Shown one piece after another: positions 34,049-35,402 of a stretch of 35,402 bases of DNA (within the stretch, counting starts at the first letter, position 1; each line of letters starts with the position of its first letter). The translations under genes were made by a program, and so were the position numbers. This DNA comes from Coleofasciculaceae cyanobacterium (GTDB lineage: Bacteria > Cyanobacteriota > Cyanobacteriia > Elainellales > Elainellaceae). The DNA is taken from the NCBI GenBank assembly GCA_036703495.1, contig DATNOY010000067.1, positions 1 to 35,402 of the forward strand, written 5' to 3'. The notes under the pieces were generated by a model that saw only the letters and a program-made list of their open reading frames with translations, made no database searches and was not told the DNA's origin.

Positions 34049-34996
34049 TTAGCGATTGACCGCCCTAGCCGAAAGCTGAGAGCTTTGAATAGATTGTACG
34101 GCCTGTCGCAAGTTTCCTTGGTGGTCAACAAGTAGGCGATCGCCCGCTTCTCGATCTAACCCTGTCCAATGCATCAGCAACGCTAGCTTGACCTGGCGAT
34201 TGCTCTGTTCTAGCAGTGTAGCGGCTTCTTCCCGGTTTAGATCAGTTAAATCTTGCAAAATCCTGAGGGCCCGATCCAAAAGCTTTGTATTGGTAACGGC
34301 TACATCTACCATGCGATTGCCATAAACCTTGCCCAGCTTTACCATCACTCCCGTCGAAAGGATGTTTAGCGCCAGTTTGGTGGCAGTGCCTGCCTTGAGG
34401 CGAGTGGAGCCTGCCAATACCTCAGGGCCCACAAGCAAGCGAATATCAATATCTATCCCCGCTAGATTGACTTGCTCTGTCGGCACGCAAGTCATAAAAA
34501 TGGTGGTGGCTCCGCCCTGGTGAGCTGCCTGCAAAGCGCCATGGACGTAAGGCGTTGTGCCCCCTGCAGCAATGCCAACCACAACATCCATCGCACCGAC
34601 CTGACGCTGAGCGATCGCGGCTGCCCCATCTTCTGCCCGATCCTCTAACCCTTCAGAGCTACGCACCAACGCTTCTGCCCCTCCAGCAATAATGCCCTGC
34701 ACCAGTTCCGGCGCAGTGCAAAACGTGGGCGGACATTCTGCTGCATCCAGTACCCCTAAGCGGCCGCTGGTGCCTGCTCCAATGTAAAACAGCCGTCCTC
34801 CTTGATGCAGGGCTGCAGCTGTGCGATCAATTGCGGCAGCGAGAGCAAGTCGAGCAGAGCCAATCGCAGCGATCGTCTGAGCGTCTTCTCGGTTGAAAAG
34901 ATCGACCATTTCCAAAGCCGTCATCTGATCGAGGTGTTGGCTGTTGGGATTAACTTGTTCGGTCAGGAGATGCCCCCGCTCAACTAAATTTGTCAT
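34049..34996 (-). CDS. murQ: N-acetylmuramic acid 6-phosphate etherase
   Basis: 315 aa. SIS-domain protein with LLTEQVNPNSQHLD, GGRLFYIGAGTSGRLGVLDAAECPPTF and AGSTRLKAGTATKLALN, as in MurQ. Confidence 0.92.
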   Translation of the reverse strand: MTNLVERGHLLTEQVNPNSQHLDQMTALEMVDLFNREDAQTIAAIGSARLALAAAIDRTAAALHQGGRLFYIGAGTSGRLGVLDAAECPPTFCTAPELVQGIIAGGAEALVRSSEGLEDRAEDGAAAIAQRQVGAMDVVVGIAAGGTTPYVHGALQAAHQGGATTIFMTCVPTEQVNLAGIDIDIRLLVGPEVLAGSTRLKAGTATKLALNILSTGVMVKLGKVYGNRMVDVAVTNTKLLDRALRILQDLTDLNREEAATLLEQSNRQVKLALLMHWTGLDREAGDRLLVDHQGNLRQAVQSIQSSQLSARAVNR

Positions 34997-35004
34997 CGCT
35001 TCAC

Positions 35005-35085
35005 AACAATTTCTATAACAGTCCTTAACAGTTTTTCTTGATAACAGTCTTTCTTGATAACAGCCCTTCTTGATAACAGCCCTAA
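35005..35085. repeat. Array of six ATAACAG (minus strand CTGTTAT) motifs, four of them in 16-bp tandem units CTTGATAACAGNNNTT, immediately upstream of murQ
   Basis: Motif starts at 35005, 35015 (TTAACAG variant), 35031, 35047, 35063 and 35079. The last five are exactly 16 bp apart. Confidence 0.9.
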
Positions 35086-35097
35086 TAAATAACAGCT

Positions 35098-35402
35098 CTA
35101 TAGCAGCCCTTCTAGCCGTCGGCGGATTTGCTCCAACTCTGAGACAGGCATTTCATCGGCATCAACTGGTGAGGAATCTTGACCCTCTGGACTCCAATCA
35201 GTCTGTTCCAGATTATTTTCAGGCGGCAGCTCCAGCATGCCTTCAGGAATTAACTTGCATTCGTAGTTGGCACTATTGCAAAATTCTTCAATTTCTTCTA
35301 CCTCAAAGCCTTCTACCGTCGGACTCGAAAAGTCTTGGGCTTCTAGCATCAGTCCATAGCGAGTCGCATCGTCCTCTGATTCAAACATCAGCACCACGTT
35401 GC
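35098..35402 (-). CDS. DUF3110-like small acidic protein, 5' end truncated by the window edge
   Basis: VLMFESEDDATRYGLMLEAQDF...EEIEEFC...YECKLIPEG resembles the DUF3110 family. The reading frame is still open at position 35402, so the true start is probably outside the window. Confidence 0.65.
   Translation of the reverse strand, partial: NVVLMFESEDDATRYGLMLEAQDFSSPTVEGFEVEEIEEFCNSANYECKLIPEGMLELPPENNLEQTDWSPEGQDSSPVDADEMPVSELEQIRRRLEGLL

Overview
This window looks like a cyanobacterial chromosomal segment. The HIP1 octamer GCGATCGC is scattered through coding and non-coding DNA (e.g. 431-438, 1793-1800). psbO, an Hli/Scp protein, a PirA-like ORF and DUF2949/DUF3110-type ORFs are present. 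I support about 26 protein genes and one tRNA.

Genes in order:
- TerC-family membrane protein (-)
- Pro-rich hypothetical (+)
- clpP (-) preceded by a hypothetical (-)
- psbO (+)
- group-3 sigma factor, then a 624-aa TPR protein (+)
- minus-strand run: 970-aa membrane-anchored repeat/TPR protein, 552-aa FAD_oxidored-like protein, 171-aa hypothetical
- pheS (+)
- LivJ/LivH/LivM-type ABC importer genes with no ATPase genes (+)
- S1C protease with two PPC domains (+)
- 51-aa PirA-like ORF with a perfect NtcA box (-)
- hli (-)
- UvrD-like helicase (+) and GT39 membrane glycosyltransferase (+)
- DUF2949 (+)
- pdhA (-) and ftsH (-)
- S2P/M50 protease, PIN-like membrane protein, tRNA-Glu(UUC) (-)
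- murQ (-)
- 5'-truncated DUF3110-like ORF (-)

Most of this is core housekeeping. I found no transposase, reverse transcriptase, CRISPR array, restriction/TA pair or other hallmark of a known accessory island, and I cannot claim a defined novel multi-gene system.

The most unusual content is:
1. The 29-residue-repeat/TPR membrane protein and the atypical FAD-like gene 48 nt downstream of it.
2. Several small non-coding element families: a MITE-like pair and two families of long perfect hairpins.
3. A very high density of 9-17 bp tandem duplications, some touching gene starts and stops.
4. A 16-bp-periodic CTGTTAT array upstream of murQ.
5. A tRNA-Glu promoter whose -10 box contains the stop codon of the upstream ORF.

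All functional calls come from reading the translations and recalling families. No database search was run.
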